Source of the DNA: the human T2T-CHM13v2.0 reference genome, Homo sapiens
Strand: one strand, 5' to 3'
Assembly: GCF_009914755.1 (NCBI RefSeq)
Contig: NC_060926.1
DNA: 64,000 nt
The number at the start of each line of letters is the position of its first letter. Position 1 is the stretch's first letter. Made by a program: the position numbers and the translations under genes. The notes beneath the pieces are model-generated. The model was not told where the DNA came from. It saw only the letters and a program-made list of their open reading frames with translations, and did not search any database. Of the stretch, positions 40,576-54,558 are shown in pieces.

Positions 40576-41806
40576 AAAACAGAAAATCTCAATCTCAAAT
40601 TCTGTGCCCATTTTAAATTGTATTGTCAGTCTTTTTCTTACTGGTTTTTTAAATTTAATTTGTATTTTTTGGATACAAGTATTTCATCAAATATATATGC
40701 ATATATGATTTGTTGTTTTTAATATTGCACGTTGCTCAATAATTAGAAGTCATAGCATTATTTTGCTGTTTTCCTTACATATTCAGAGAACGTTATACCA
40801 AATGTATACTTATCAAATGTGATTGTTTATCTTTTAAAAGAGATAGAGGAAGCATTTTTCCTAATAGTCTCAGAAAGAAATACATTAACACTTCCAAAGT
40901 TTTAGATGAATGCTACAAAGTTTATAAGGCTTCTGAAGTTTTTCAAAACATTAATTTCATACCCTGATCAAGTGAGCTGAAGACAGTTGGAGAAAACATA
41001 TTTTGGGTTTGTTTATGTACATGTATAATTGATTTAAAGAAACCATTTTTTTTTCCAGGAAATGTTTCTCTTAAAAAATATCTTTCAGTTGTCACAGCTC
41101 CCTTCCAGTCATGTGGTTTTTGTGTATACTTGTATTTGCACTAACCCATTTCCTGTGCATGGACTCTGCTTGCCTTTGCTCTTGCTGTGGTAAAAAGAAG
41201 TGAAATAGAAATATCACAGCATTGCCCAGAGCTCAGTTTTTGAAAGGGTGTAAGGCAGAGGAAGGAAAGCAATGCAAACTGTGCAGCATTTCTGAAGCCC
41301 AAAGCAAAAATGGCAGATTGACTGGTCTTGGGGATGTCTATTCAAATAAAAGCCAGTGGGTTTTTGTTCTTCCCCCCATGATCATTAGAATTTATTAATA
41401 CAACTAGATTAGGGTTTTTTGTAGCTTTATCTTTTAGCAGTTTCTCATGTGTAGGCTTGAAAATGTGTTTCTGTTCTGAGCTAATCATGAATATTGTCCC
41501 CTTTCTCCTTATTTGTTGATTTGCTAGAGGGACAAAAAGAAGTAAAATAGCTATTTTTATTGAAATCTTAAAAGCAATGAGAGAGTCATTATCATGCAAC
41601 TAGTCTAAAAATTCATAATAAAGTCAAAGTACTTTTTGTAGTTTTTAAAAAGGTGCTATTAGTGTCATCATGTGCACAAAGCTCCAAGCTGACATTAACA
41701 AGAGGCCTTCCTAACACTACCACACAGCCTGTTTGCTGTTACAGAAATGCTTAGACTGGAGCTACTTAAAAGCACCTGAGTATGAGTCCCAAGGCTCAAT
41801 AAAATA

Positions 41807-42484
<678 letters not shown>

Positions 42485-42715
42485 TGATCAGTTGGATGAC
42501 ATTTACCTGTGAAAGTCAAACCTAGTAGTTAGTGTGTGAATCTACTTAATTGGCTTTAATTCAGTTGTTGGATGTATATTCTCTTGTTGAATTCACATTT
42601 TGGGCTGGGGTAGAGTGCCTGATGTATGATGCTAAGTCTGATTTTGAAAACTGCTGGGGCTATGCTTGCCTATGAGTGAATCAAAGCATTTCAGAGATTG
42701 TCAAAGCTGGAAGTG

Positions 42716-43090
<375 letters not shown>

Positions 43091-43604
43091 TTATTGTTCC
43101 ATTTTATAGGAAAGGAAGTAAAAACTCGAAAGCTAAGTGCTATATCTTAGATCAACTAGTTAGTGACAAAGCTGTTTTGTGGCAAAGGTAGAAATGCTAC
43201 CAAGATGTACTAGTTTAGGGCTTAACCCAGTATACCATGAAGCCAGAAACATGAAGGGGAGGAAAGTTAAAGGCTAATAGCAGTGTTCTAGAAATACAGC
43301 ACAGAACTGCTGGAGTCATCATCCTACCTACAAGGTCATGAATGGGACCAGGGAGGGACACCAATATCTGATATTTCCTTTTGTCTCATTTTTTTCCCCT
43401 GGCACTTCTCATATTTCAAGATTCAGATCTGAAACCATCTCCCTTAGGAGGTGTTTTCTCCTAGATCCATTCACATGCAAGTATAGCCCAAGCAGTTTTT
43501 TACCAGGAGACTCAGCAGTGTACATCTGTTAGATGCTCTCCTACATAATAAGATACTGTCTGTGTATTTTAGTTTTTTGTCCACTTGTCCTCTCTTCCAT
43601 TAAT

Positions 43605-43840
43605 AATAACTGCTATTAATCATTGAATACCTACCATGTACTAGACATTTTACCAAAATGTCTTTATAAAAGGTGAGTTGAGTTCTTGAAGAACCCTCCA
43701 AATTAGCTATGAGTATTTCTATTTTTACAGGTGAGGAAATGAGGTTTATACTAAGTGGTTTGACCAAGGTCATATCTAGTAAGCAGGAGAACCAAGATGA
43801 GAAATTGTATTTGTCAGGCTCCAAATCTCAAGTCATTTCT
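43605..43840 (-). mobile_element. MIR
   Basis: attgaatacctaccatgtactag...attttttacaggtgaggaaatgagg...ccaaggtcata. Confidence 0.75.
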
Positions 43841-43879
43841 ATGTGTTATACTGAATAAATTTAGGGTCTGATGACAGTG

Positions 43880-44350
43880 ATAATGGATACTAGGTTTCCC
43901 TCATCATCCATCCCACTGCCCTTCTGACCTAGGGTAGTGAGGTTGGAAAGCTAAAACCCTACATTTCTCAAGCTCTCCTGAATCTAGGATTCTGAGTATG
44001 GTGTCAGGTCTGCCAAATAGAAGCACTTGTGTGGATTTGGAAGGCACACTGAAGTGCTAGCCACCCTCCAGCTGGGAAGCAAGGCAGGAAGGGATGTGAA
44101 TGTTTAGAGGCAGTTTTGAAGTCCAAACTCAAAAATTCAGTGTGCTGTCACCAGCCATCAGGTTTAAGAGGCAGTTGAGGCAGTGACTGTGGTAGCAGCC
44201 ACAGACACTTCCTGACATCTGAAACACAGTTATTATGAGGTGGACTCAGTAGTCCAGTAGGGGCCCCTGAGCGGGGGTTCATCTTGCCATTCCAATGATT
44301 TTATAAAAATACATTCTTGTATTAAATTGCTTGGCTTCAAATACCTAATG
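43880..44350 (+). mobile_element. ERVL LTR (LTR33-like)
   Basis: ggaaagctaaaaccctacatttctcaag...ctaggattctg...ctgccaaatagaagcacttg...atttggaaggc. Confidence 0.6.
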
Positions 44351-44359
44351 CTATACTAC

Positions 44360-44790
44360 TATTTCAGATATCTATCATTACATAAAAAACCACTCCAAAA
44401 CTCTGTGAAGCAAAACAAAGGTGATTCTGGGTTTGGTTGGAATCAGCTGGGCAGTTCTGACTCCCATGGTTTTCTGGGATCACTCATGTGACTACATTCA
44501 GCTAGGAGCTCTTTGAGGCTGGAACACCTAAGCCACTCTCACATGTCTGCAGAGGTGCCTTGGTACATTTCCTTATGGCCTCTCTTTCCACATGGCCTTT
44601 TGTCACTCAGTAGTTTGATCTGAGATTCCTTAGATGGTAGCTGGTTTTCAAGAAGGTGAAGCTTCCATGCCTCTGAAGGTCTAGATCTAGAAGTAATTCA
44701 CTACATTCTTTTGGTCAAAGCAAGTTATGAGGCAAGCGCAGACCAAGACTCCATCTCCTGGTAGGAGGAGTGGTATGTATGTACCATAGT
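44360..44790 (-). mobile_element. Old MaLR LTR (MLT1H/I-like)
   Basis: aaaccactccaaaact, cagctgggcagttct, cacatggcct, ttggtcaaagcaagt. Confidence 0.6.
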
Positions 44791-45877
44791 TACCACAAGG
44801 GCCAGATGTGAATCTAGGGAAGCAGGACCAGTGATTGGATACCCAAGTTAGACACAAGTTAACCTGCTTCTAAGCAGGATAAATACAAGTGAAAAATAGA
44901 AAAATCTGAGATCAACATGAACAAGAGAATGGATTTAGGTAGGAGGGAGTCTGTCCAAAGCTCTCATTCTCCCATTGTAATTCTGCACAGTGCATTTTAT
45001 CATCTGTTTATGCAGCAAAATTTGTTTAGTATATAGTACTTGAATTAATCCATTCTAGTATAAATAAGTTCTACCTTCAAGGAGATAAATAAAAGAGTAT
45101 GATACAATCTACAAACACATACAGTGACTCACTAGCTCTGCTAGGCAGTCAGGAAACCAGTCTAGGCAAGGTCACCCTTAAGGACGGGCTTCTTTCACTT
45201 AGTGAAATACATTTAAGCTTCTTTTATATCTGTTTAGGCTTGATAGCTCATTTCTTTTTAGAGCCAAATACAAAATATTATTGCATTGTATAGATGTACC
45301 ACAGCTTAATTTATATATTTACCTACATTCACCAAAGACATCTTAGTTCAAGTTTTGGCAATTAAGAATAAACCTGCTATCATACACATCTGCATGCAGG
45401 ATTTTGTTCGTATGTAAGTTTTCAATTTATTTGGTAAATAACAATTGAAGATAGTTTGACAATTTCTTACAAAATTGAGTATACTCCTACCATTCATCCA
45501 GCAATACATCCAGTAAATATCAAGGAGCATGATTGCTGGATGTATGGTAAAACATGTTTAGTTTTGTAAGAAATTGCCAAACTGTCTTCCAAAGTGGCTG
45601 AACCATTTTACATTCCCAACAGCAATAAATGAGAATTCCTTTTACTTCACATTCTTCCAGTATTTGGTGTTGTTCTTGTTAAATATTTTGCCCATTTTAA
45701 AATCAGGTTGTTCATTTACTTATGGTTGATCTTTATGAGTTATTCGTGTATTTTGGATAACAGACCTTTATCAGATAGCCTTTTGCAATTTTTTCTCCTA
45801 GAATGTAACTTGTCTTTTCATTCTCATTTTCTTGATAGTGTCTTTCATAGAAGAATTTTTTAAAAATTTTAAAAAGT

Positions 45878-46224
45878 TGCTATGATTTGATTGTGTTCCC
45901 CAGAGTCCATGTGTTGGAAAATCAATCCCAAATGAGAGATGGAACTTTCAAGAGGTGATTAATACCGTTGTTGTGGGAGTGGGTTAGTAATCTTGAGAGT
46001 GGGTTACCAATAAAATAATGAGTTAGGCCTCTTCTCTCTTGTGCATGCTGTCTTGCCCTTCTACCTTCCTCTACGGGATAATGCAGCAAGAAGGGCTTTG
46101 CCAGATGCAGTCCCTTCTACCCTGGACTCCCCAGCCTCCTGAACTGTAAGAAATAAATCTCTGTTCTTTATAAATTACTCAATTTCAGGTATTCTGTTAT
46201 AGCAGCACATGTTGGAATGAGATA
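45878..46224 (+). mobile_element. MaLR solo LTR (MSTC/D-like) nested in L1
   Basis: tgctatgatttgattgtgttccc ... cagcctcctgaactgtaagaaataaat ... ttctgttatagcagca. Near-TSD aaagt/gaagt. Confidence 0.8.
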
Positions 46225-48102
46225 GAAGTTCAACTTATCAATTGTTTCTTTCATGAATTATGTTTTTGGTATTTTATCTAAAAACTTATCATCAAATTCA
46301 AAGTCGTCTAGATTTTCTCCGATGTTATCTTCTAGAAGTTTTATAGTTTGCACTTGGCAATTAGGTCTATGACACATTTTGATTTAATTTTTGTGAAAGG
46401 TATAACACCTGTGTTTAGAATTTTATTTTTGTTTGCATGTGGATATTCAGCTGTTTCAGCACCATTTCTTTAAAAGGCTATCTTTTTTCCATTGAATTGC
46501 CTTTGCCCCTTTGTCAAAAATCAGTTGACTATATTGTGTGGGTCTATTTCTGGGCTGTCTCTTTTGTTCTGTTGAATTATTTGTTTATTTGTTCACCAAT
46601 GCAATACAGTCTTCATTATTGCATCTTTATAGTAAGTCTTAAAGTTAGGTAGCATCAGTCCTCTGACTTTGTTTCCCTCTTTCAATATTGCATTGGCTAT
46701 TATGATTATTTCTTTTGCTTTCCCATATAAACTTTAGAATTAGTTTGTCAATATTCATTAAGTAACTTGTTGGGGCTTTCATTAGGGTTGAGATGAATCT
46801 ATAGATTAAATTGAGAAGAACTGACATCTCGCCAATATTGACTCTTCCTATCCATGAATGTAAAATATGTCTTCACTTATTTAATTATCTGAGTTATTTC
46901 ATCAGGATTTGGTAGCTTTTCTTGTACAAATTTTATTCATACTTTGCCAGATATAAATCTAAATATCTCATTTTTGTGAGTGCTAATGTAAATGATAGTA
47001 TGTTTTTAATGTGAAATTCTAATTGTTCCTTGTTGGTATATAGGAAAATGATTGGCTTCTGTAAATTAACCTAATATCCTGTAACCTTGCTATAATTACT
47101 TATTGCTTCCAGGAGATTGTTTTTATCAATTCTTTTGGATTTTCTACATAGATGATTATGTCATTTGTGAAAAAAGACATTCTATTTCTTCCTTCCCAAT
47201 CTGTATACCTTTTATTTACTCTTCTTGTCTTACTGCGTTGGTTAGGACTTACAGTACAAGGTTAAAAAGGAATGGTGAAAGGAGACATCCTTGCCTTGAC
47301 CCTGATTTTAAAGGGATAGCTTCTAGTTTCTCACTAGTATGCTAGTTGTACTTTTTTGTAGATATTCTAACAAGTCAAGGAAGTTCTCCTCTATTCCTTT
47401 TTTGCTGAGAGTTTTTATCATGAATCTGTGTTGGATTTTTTCAAATGCTTTCTCTGCATCTGTTGATATGATCATGTGGATTTTGCTCTTTAACCTGCTG
47501 AAGTTATGATTACATTAATTGATCTTCAAATGTTTAACCAGCCTTGGGATGATAAAATCCCTGGAATAAATCCCACTTGGTCATGGTATATAATTCTTTT
47601 TTACATTTGGATTAGATTTGCTAATATTTTGTTGAGAAGCTTTACACCTATGTTCATGAGAGATATTGGTCTGCAGTATTCTTTTCTTGTAATGTCTTTG
47701 TTTGGTTTTGATATTACGATAATGCTAGCCTCATAGAATGAGTTAGGATGTGTTCTTTGCTTCTATCTTCCAAAAAAAAAAATTGCGTAGAATCAGTACA
47801 ATTTCTTAAATGTTTGACAGGATTCACCAGTAAGCACAGTTAGGCCTGGCACTTTCAGTTTTGGAAGGTTATTAATTATTGATTGAAATTCTTTAATATA
47901 GATATATAATATAAAATATAAGCCTATTCAGACTGCATATTTCTTCTGGTATAAATTTTGGTAGATTATGTCTTTTAAGAAGTTGGTCCATTTCATCTCA
48001 ATTGTCAAATTTGTGGTCCTAGAGTTAATAGTATTGCTTTATTACTTTTTGATGTCCGTGGGACCTGTAGTGATATCTCCTTTTTCATTTCGATATTGGT
48101 AA

Positions 48103-48426
<324 letters not shown>

Positions 48427-48759
48427 GACTTACTGGTTTTATCAATCTTTTCAAAGAACCAGGTTTGGTTTTGTTGATTTTCTCTGTTAATTTTTTATTT
48501 TCAATTCAATTTATTTAATTTATTTAATTAAATTGTTTTTAAAATTTCTTTTCTCCTAGTTTATTTGGACTTCATTTGTTCTTTTTTTTTTTTGCAGTTT
48601 TCTAAGGTGGAAATTTAGATTATTAATTTAAAATCTTTTCTAATATATTTGTTAAATATAAATTGCTCTTAAGCATTGGTTTCACTGCATCCCACATATT
48701 TTGATGTCATATTTTCATTTCACTTTATGCATTCTTTTTAAAAAATATGGAACATATAT

Positions 48760-50740
48760 TAAAATTAACAGGTACTTGGGGAAAAAGGAATACACAGATA
48801 ATACCGAAAATTGTAATTCTGTAAAATTTATTCCCTTTTCACGTACAAAAATACTACAAATCAATGGCAAAGATATAAATTTAAAGTTACCATATGTTTT
48901 GAAATTTAGAAATATACTTTTAAATATATTAAAAATCATAATGGAAATTAGATAATAGGTTGAGCTGATCTATAATATATATACTTTATATAAAATCACA
49001 TGACATGTCTAAATCAGCACTTTGAAGGAAATTTATATCCTTATATTCTTATATTAATTAAAAACCCTAACAATTAGCAAGCTACATACCCTTTATAAGA
49101 AATTAGAAAATAGTAGCAAAATAAACCCAAAGAAAGTAGAAAGTAGACAATAATAAAAATGACAGCACAAATTAATGAAATAGGATACAAACATACAATG
49201 GAGAGACTTAACAAAGGCAAAATGGCTTTTTCAAGAAAAAAATGGTAAACCCCTAGGGAGACTGATCAAGACAATAGAAGAGAAGGCACACATAACCAAC
49301 AGCAGGGTTATAATAAAATCCTACAGTAGATTATTAGAGGATATAATAAATAGAAAATCATTAATGACCAGCATAAATTTAAAAATTAGGAAACAAACTT
49401 GTGGCAAAAGCTAGAAAATTTACATGACATGGGAAAATTCCTGGAAAAATTTAGATTTAAAACTGACTTAATATGCAATAGAATATCACAAGGGTTCTCT
49501 AATCACTCAGGTAAATTGACTAAATCCATTATTGAAAAAATATTTCAGGCCCAGTGACTTTTCTGGGCAGTTCTATTTAACACTCAATGAAGAAGTAATT
49601 GCAAAATTATACATGAGCTTCTAAAGAATTCAAAAAGGAGCTACAAACTCCAGCTCATTTTATCAGGCTAGCACAACCTTGAGAGCATACACCAAAATGA
49701 TAATATGAACGAATACAAATTACAGTTCAATCTAACTTGTGAACATAGGTTAAAAATATTTACAAAATATTAGCAAACAGAGCCTGAGTCAAAGATGTCT
49801 TTATGTTATGAACACATAGTTGATATAGCAGTTTAGACCCATTTATGCCTAGTGTTCCATTATTGGAACGTTAAGCATTTGGGAGTTATTTATACTCTAC
49901 TGCTCAAGGTCATTGCCAAGGTCTGATTGCAAAAATTCAAAAAATTGCAAACTCAGGCATAGATGGGTTAAAATGAATAGATTTTTGTGACAGGATAAAG
50001 GAGAAAAAAATCATATGACCAACTCAATGATGCTGAAAAAGACATTTGATAAAATTATAGATTTCATGATATAAAATATCTTGCAAACAAAAAAAATGGA
50101 AGTTCCTGTATCTAAAAAAGGGAGTCTATATTTGAACAAACTAGTTACCAACAAAACAACTATTAAAAATATAACCTAATGGTGAATCAGGATTATATTG
50201 GGAGAAAGAAAGAAATTTTTACACAGTCACTACTAAGTTTCATTCAGTATTTTTCTTGGCATTCTACGTGGCAAAATATGGCAAAAAACAAACCAAACCA
50301 AATGTGTCTATAGGTCTTACAAGAGAAGACTAGAAATTGTGATTCACAGAGAATATGGTTGAGTAGTTAGTTACAAGAGTCAAAAGAATGTACTAATTAC
50401 TAAATTACCAAATACTAAAGTTAATGAGAGATTAGCAAGTTTGCTGTATACTTATATAAAAATCAGTAATAAAATAACAAGTCAATCAATAATAATATGC
50501 AGAAATAGAAACAGAAAGAAAAAGTTTAAAAGATGCCATTTTAAATAGCATAAAAAGTGATGAGTAAATCGAAAATTTTAGTGAGTCAGCTAAGGGGAAA
50601 AATACAAAACTTTTAATGAGATCTAAATGCATAGAGAAATATACAACACTTATTGATTAGAAATGTCAACATTATAATGATGTCAGTTGTCACCAAATTG
50701 ATTACCAATTGAAAACCAACTAAAAACTCATAAGTTTTAC
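48760..50740 (+). mobile_element. Very old L1M ORF2 fragment (sense), host of MER85
   Basis: A-rich ORF2 motifs (aaataaacccaaagaaagtagaa, caaaatattagcaaac, gatgctgaaaaagacatttgataaaat). Confidence 0.7.
49838..49967 (+). mobile_element. MER85, non-autonomous piggyBac (PGBD3-family) MITE, full length
   Basis: 13-bp TIRs CCCATTTATGCCT / AGGCATAGATGGG (1 mismatch). TTAA at 49968-49971; left site degenerate (ttaga). Internal palindrome GTTCCATTATTGGAAC at 49854-49869. Confidence 0.93.
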
Positions 50741-51829
50741 TTCTCTTGTAGAATTTGGCTTTTTAAAGGAGCTTGTGCAATTGTATCTTTTTTTCCTTGT
50801 TGTGGAGCAATTCCAGCCTCATCCCTCAGTAGCATGAGTGGGTTTCTTCTTCAAGGCCGGCAATGAAGGAAAGGCAAAAAAAGAAAAATGCTGTTAGCAT
50901 CTAGAGCAGGGTAGAAGTTATTATCTCAATAGGTCCTGCTGGACAGCCTAACTAAGATATGATCCGATAGGTCCGTTCATTATCTTCAATATGCTTGATA
51001 TCTTTTCTTATTTCTGCAGTTCGGTTCATGTCATCTCTCTGGCTTGGAATTTCCTCTATGCTTATGTCATTTCCAGCCATCATTCAAATTGCAGATGAAG
51101 CCATCTTTTCCTTTGATGCCTTCACTGACCATTCCAACAAACACTGCTTATTGAATTGGGGTGGGCAGTGCCGCTAGGGCTGATTGGCTGAACAACTCCC
51201 TCATTGTGTTAACCTTATATTAAGTCTCGTATCAGCTTGAGTAATTTAAGTCTTTGTAGCAGGAATGTAATTCCTCTTTGTTTCTCCCACAGTATCCTTA
51301 TGTATCATCTACTCTATGGAGTATTGATAGAATACGTATTGTTATTTTCAGAGTTTGACTATAACAATTTGAAAATATATTACTTTGGGAGCTTACTTTA
51401 TGTATCTTAAAGGCAGATAAAATAAATTCTTCTATTAATATATATGAAGAAAATGCCATACCATTCTCATTTATTATGATTAAATAAGGTTGTAAGTCCT
51501 TTGAACAAAAAACCAGCATCTGGTACTTTTATTGTTAACTTAATATTCACAGTGCTACATGCTGATGCTGTAATCTCTGTCATATAATGCTTTGTTGATA
51601 ATGTCTTTAATACCTGGTCTCAATATTTCTGACTTTATTCCTCCTGTAATTCTCAAGGAATAAAAATAAAGTGTTTTAAATAATGCATTATTAAGATTTG
51701 CATATTCTCAAATGGGGCATATAACATACAATACAGATTTCTCAGTATCATTTATGTAATAATTAAGATATAATATTGATAGATACATAATGTAGTGAAC
51801 TCAATAAGCAGAAACGATATGAAATATTT

Positions 51830-52070
51830 ATTGAATCCATTCACATAACATATATTTATTATGAGACAGGCAATGTTAGGCACTGGAAATAGAAGGTAAG
51901 TAAGATAACCACATACCATACACTCTTCTTCTGGGACTCATTCTAGTTGAGGGGGGAAGACACTGTAGAAGGAGTTACACAGTTGATTATTACTTACAAT
52001 TTTGGCAAATGTTGTCACAGAGAATTATGAAGTGTTAGGAGAGTGTATCAGAGTGGGACTTAAACTGGTC
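51830..52070 (-). mobile_element. L2 3' fragment
   Basis: cattcacataacatatatttatt...aggcaatgttaggcactgga. Confidence 0.5.
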
Positions 52071-52782
52071 CGCTATGGAATTGGTAGTGGCTTGTATCTT
52101 TTATTTTGTTTCTTGGGAGTCAGAAATCAGAGTTTTCCACTACCTTTGTAGAATATAAACAAGCTGTCATTCAATTGCGAAAATAGACATGGAAAAATTC
52201 CACTCCTAATGTTCAGGATTCAGTCATTTAAGAATTATAACTATACCACAGACTTTGAAAATTAAACAAGTAACTTATGGTATGATTTAGACATTTAACA
52301 ATGTGCTTTAAAAGTAAAAATTAAAAACACTCTAAAATTGATAGTTTTTATATTTAACTGTCAAATACCACAGGTCAGGGATGAATACACAGAATGATAG
52401 CTTTGGAGAAACCGTTGCTTCTGACCCATTAGTGCCCAAAATTCAGTTGCAGCAGATATTGCAATTATATGAAGAAATATTTTCAGGCATTTAGAACAAC
52501 AGATCCCAAACATTCTCCTCTATAATAGATTACTCACTAATATTCTAATTTTGAAACAAGAAAAATTACCAAGTCCAAATTTGTTGTGAATGAGTGATTT
52601 GTGTCTTTGTCCAATCATGGGGTTAGTGACCTCTTTTTGGTAAGGTACAAGTCGTTTGATGGGGTCCTGAAGAGTAACGTGCTGTAAGTTGTGGTGAAAG
52701 AATGCTTTCATAAAAAGGTTATTTGAAACTTTTGTTTTTATATGTGTATTAATTTCCTGTGGATGTTGTACCACAGACTTAG

Positions 52783-53565
52783 TGTGGTTTCTAGTTCTAG
52801 ATAAAGACAAGACCCATTTATTCTCTTTCAGTTTGGAAAGTCAGATGTCCACAGTCAGTTTCACTGGGCTGAAACTGAGGTGTTGGCAGGGCCCTTACCA
52901 GTGTCTAGAGCTGCATGTTTTGCTTGTCTTTTTTCATGCCTCTTCATCCATGTTCATGATTGGCAGTGTAGCATCTTCAAATCTTTTTCTGCTCCATCTT
53001 CACATCACTTTCTCCTCCTCTCTGTCTGAAATCTCCCTCTGCCTATACTTGAAAGAACACCCGTGATGTCACTTAGGGGCAACCCAAATAGCCCATGATA
53101 ATAAGGCAGCATCCACAAGTTCCAGGGACGAAGGCAGAGATACCTTTTGAGAGAGTGTATTAGTTCATTCTCACATTGCTATAAAGAACTACCTGAGATT
53201 GGGTAGTTTATAAAGAAAAGAGGTTTAATTGACCCATAGATCCACAGGCTGTACAGGAGGCATGGCTGGGGAGGCCTCAGGGAACTTACAATCATGGTGG
53301 AAGGCAAAGGGGAAGCAAGCATCATCCTCACATGGTGGAGAAGGAGAGAGAGAGTGAAGTGGGAAGTGCTACACACTTTCAAACAACCAGCTCTCATGAG
53401 AACCCACTCACTATCATAAGAATATCACAAGTCCTCTCTTATGATTCAGTTACCTCCTACCAGGTCTCTTCCCCAACATTAGGGATTACTATTCTACATG
53501 AGATTTAGGTGGGGACACAGAGTCAAACCATATCAGAGAGGGAGGGCATTTTTCAGCCTGTCACA
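52783..53565 (-). mobile_element. MLT1 (B/C-like) LTR split by a nested MSTA
   Basis: aggtgttggcagggcc, gctccatcttcacatcac; resumes ggagggcatttttcagcctgtcaca after the MSTA. Confidence 0.65.
53156..53535 (-). mobile_element. MSTA solo LTR
   Basis: tgtattagttcattctcacattgctataaag ... ggggacacagagtcaaaccatatca. Perfect TSD GAGAG (53151-53155 and 53536-53540). Confidence 0.9.
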
Positions 53566-54558
53566 ATATATCCTTTTACTTTCATGCATTATGTGTATAG
53601 CTTTGAGAGTAGCCCAAATGCTTAGGTTTTATTTATTTTTCATTAGATAATGTATTTTTAATTTTTTTCCAGAATTTAATTTTGTTTTATTGAACTTCCT
53701 AGGAAGAAATTCTTCCGCTTGACTTTACTTGGAAGAAATTTAAAAGCCTGTTCACTTTTTCTCGGCAGATGAATCACAGTGAAAATCACTAATCATGTTG
53801 TCATTTATAAAATGGAATTGACATATACAGTTTTCATAGGCTCCTACCATAAAGCTGTGACAAGGCCAAGCTCTGTATTTCTCCTCACCAGGGAAGATTC
53901 AGTACTTTTGTGAAGTAGTGCACCTTATTTATCCTTTTGTTTGAGAGTATTAAAATAGTTGCATCAAGAACGAAAAAAAAAAAATGTTGAAGTGTCCATG
54001 GCACATCAATGCTATATTACTTTCCAATACTAAATAACTATGTCTTTTTGGGGGACAGCTTTCATTCTATAATTTTGTAAGTATAACTAATGTTTCCAGT
54101 AAATGCTGTGAACTAGAATAAAATTATTATCCTGGAATAGCCAATTAGTAGGACAAGTTACACATGGTAGATAATGGTCTGGAACTTATCAAAAAAGCTG
54201 AGTAGATCTTTAATGTTTTCCCCAAAAAGATATTTATCAGTTGAGATGTATTTAGTTTAAGACAGGAAATCCAACTCAAATAATGAAGTAGAATTTTTTG
54301 TCATTGTTTCAGTAACTAGATGAAGTTCCAGATATAGAGCAGGTTTCAGGTTTGATTTAACTTAATGACTCAAATATGTTAATAGTCTAGTCTCTTTCTC
54401 TTTCTGATTCTGTCCTTTGCCTTCCATATATCATCTTCCATGTATCATTTTCCTCTTATGTTCAAATTTAAGGTACCGAGAGGACACTGAAAACAAATTT
54501 GACAATAGATGCATACAATCGTCTCTCACAAACTAGTATGAATTTAGCTCTAGCATGC

